From the IMG/VR virus record IMGVR_UViG_3300042471_000698: a stretch of 39,699 nt of DNA. The stretch is one strand, 5' to 3'. Source of the DNA: a virus. A program made the position numbers and the translations under genes. The notes under the pieces were generated by a model. The model did not search any database, was not told the origin of the DNA, and saw only the letters and a list, made by a program, of their open reading frames with translations. Below, piece by piece: positions 39,415 to 39,699 of this stretch. Every line of letters begins with the position of its first letter. Position 1 is the first letter of the stretch.

Positions 39415-39699
39415 CGATTGCTCCCCGTCTCCGCGCCGCCTCACGGCGCACTCTCGTCTCACTGCGGCGAGCCCCCTCGCCGATTACGCGCGCACACATC
39501 GCCTGCGACGTTGACCAACGCGCCTCGCATTGCCCGCGCACTGTACGCTCGCCCTCGAGTGACGCTTGCAGCCCGCGCGCCACGTCGCGCGCCTGATCGC
39601 GCTCCACTGTGCGCTGAGCGACGACCTGCCGGGCGCTGTCCAGATCGCGCTGCAGGCCGCCCACGCGCGCCTTGGCTGCCCAGCCCGATCCCCAGCCCC
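39233..39699 (-). CDS. 3' part of the junction-spanning i-spanin-like CDS (same gene as 1..323)
   Basis: Track ORF 39233..39664 starts at a GTG only because the window ends. The frame is open to the window edge and continues in copy A of the terminal repeat. Confidence 0.6.
   Translation of the reverse strand, partial: GWGSGWAAKARVGGLQRDLDSARQVVAQRTVERDQARDVARGLQASLEGERTVRGQCEARWSTSQAMCARVIGEGARRSETRVRREAARRRGAIDAITTPPATVADPVPSTPAPDPRGLLLGIQAAPDGVSNLPAPAPADQPAPELRGLTDPGP
39573..39699. repeat. Terminal direct repeat copy B (identical to 1..127)
   Basis: Same 127-mer as the window start; unique genome length is 39,572 bp. Confidence 0.95.

Noticed and set aside
1-39699. tRNA, rRNA, integrase, transposase/IS elements, reverse transcriptase (DGR/retron)
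   Set aside because: Intergenic gaps are too short and lack cloverleaf-like features. No ORF shows integrase (R..HxxR..Y), DDE or YxDD motifs. No TR/VR-type near-identical repeat pairs were noticed. A formal tRNAscan/HMM run is still advisable.

Overview
The window is one complete, circularly closed dsDNA phage genome. Bases 1-127 recur exactly at 39573-39699 (closure overlap), so the unique sequence is 39,572 bp. Gene content matches a P22-like short-tailed phage in a high-GC, probably proteobacterial, background. It has TerS, a PBSX-type TerL, a P22-type portal with a C-terminal coiled-coil barrel, scaffold, P22-type coat, a gp4-like adaptor, a gp10-like hub and a needle-like protein. It also has a run of large ejection/internal virion proteins and five fibre/spike-like proteins. 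Two transcription blocks diverge from a switch region at about 14.46-14.53 kb. The leftward block (~31 kb) carries HTH regulators, an iteron-bearing replication initiator and a stand-alone DnaA-domain-IV protein, then packaging, head, tail and lysis genes; it runs through the circular junction down to 23203. The rightward early block (~8.7 kb) carries Erf, a NinB-like protein, many small proteins, two DNA methyltransferases and an accessory island bounded by two rho-independent terminators. I saw no integrase, CI-type repressor, tRNA, CRISPR array or recognisable endolysin. The most unusual feature is a ~350-bp G-skewed degenerate pentanucleotide (GGCNN)n tract that is open in all six frames (16654-17001). 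Other notable points: a GC-composition chimera inside the 970-aa virion protein; an ori-like iteron/AT-rich cluster inside the replication gene; an overlapped spanin-like pair next to a hidden 56-aa two-TM protein; and about eight sub-60-aa, translationally coupled ORFs missing from the ORF track. All homology calls rest on motif recognition by eye; no searches were run.
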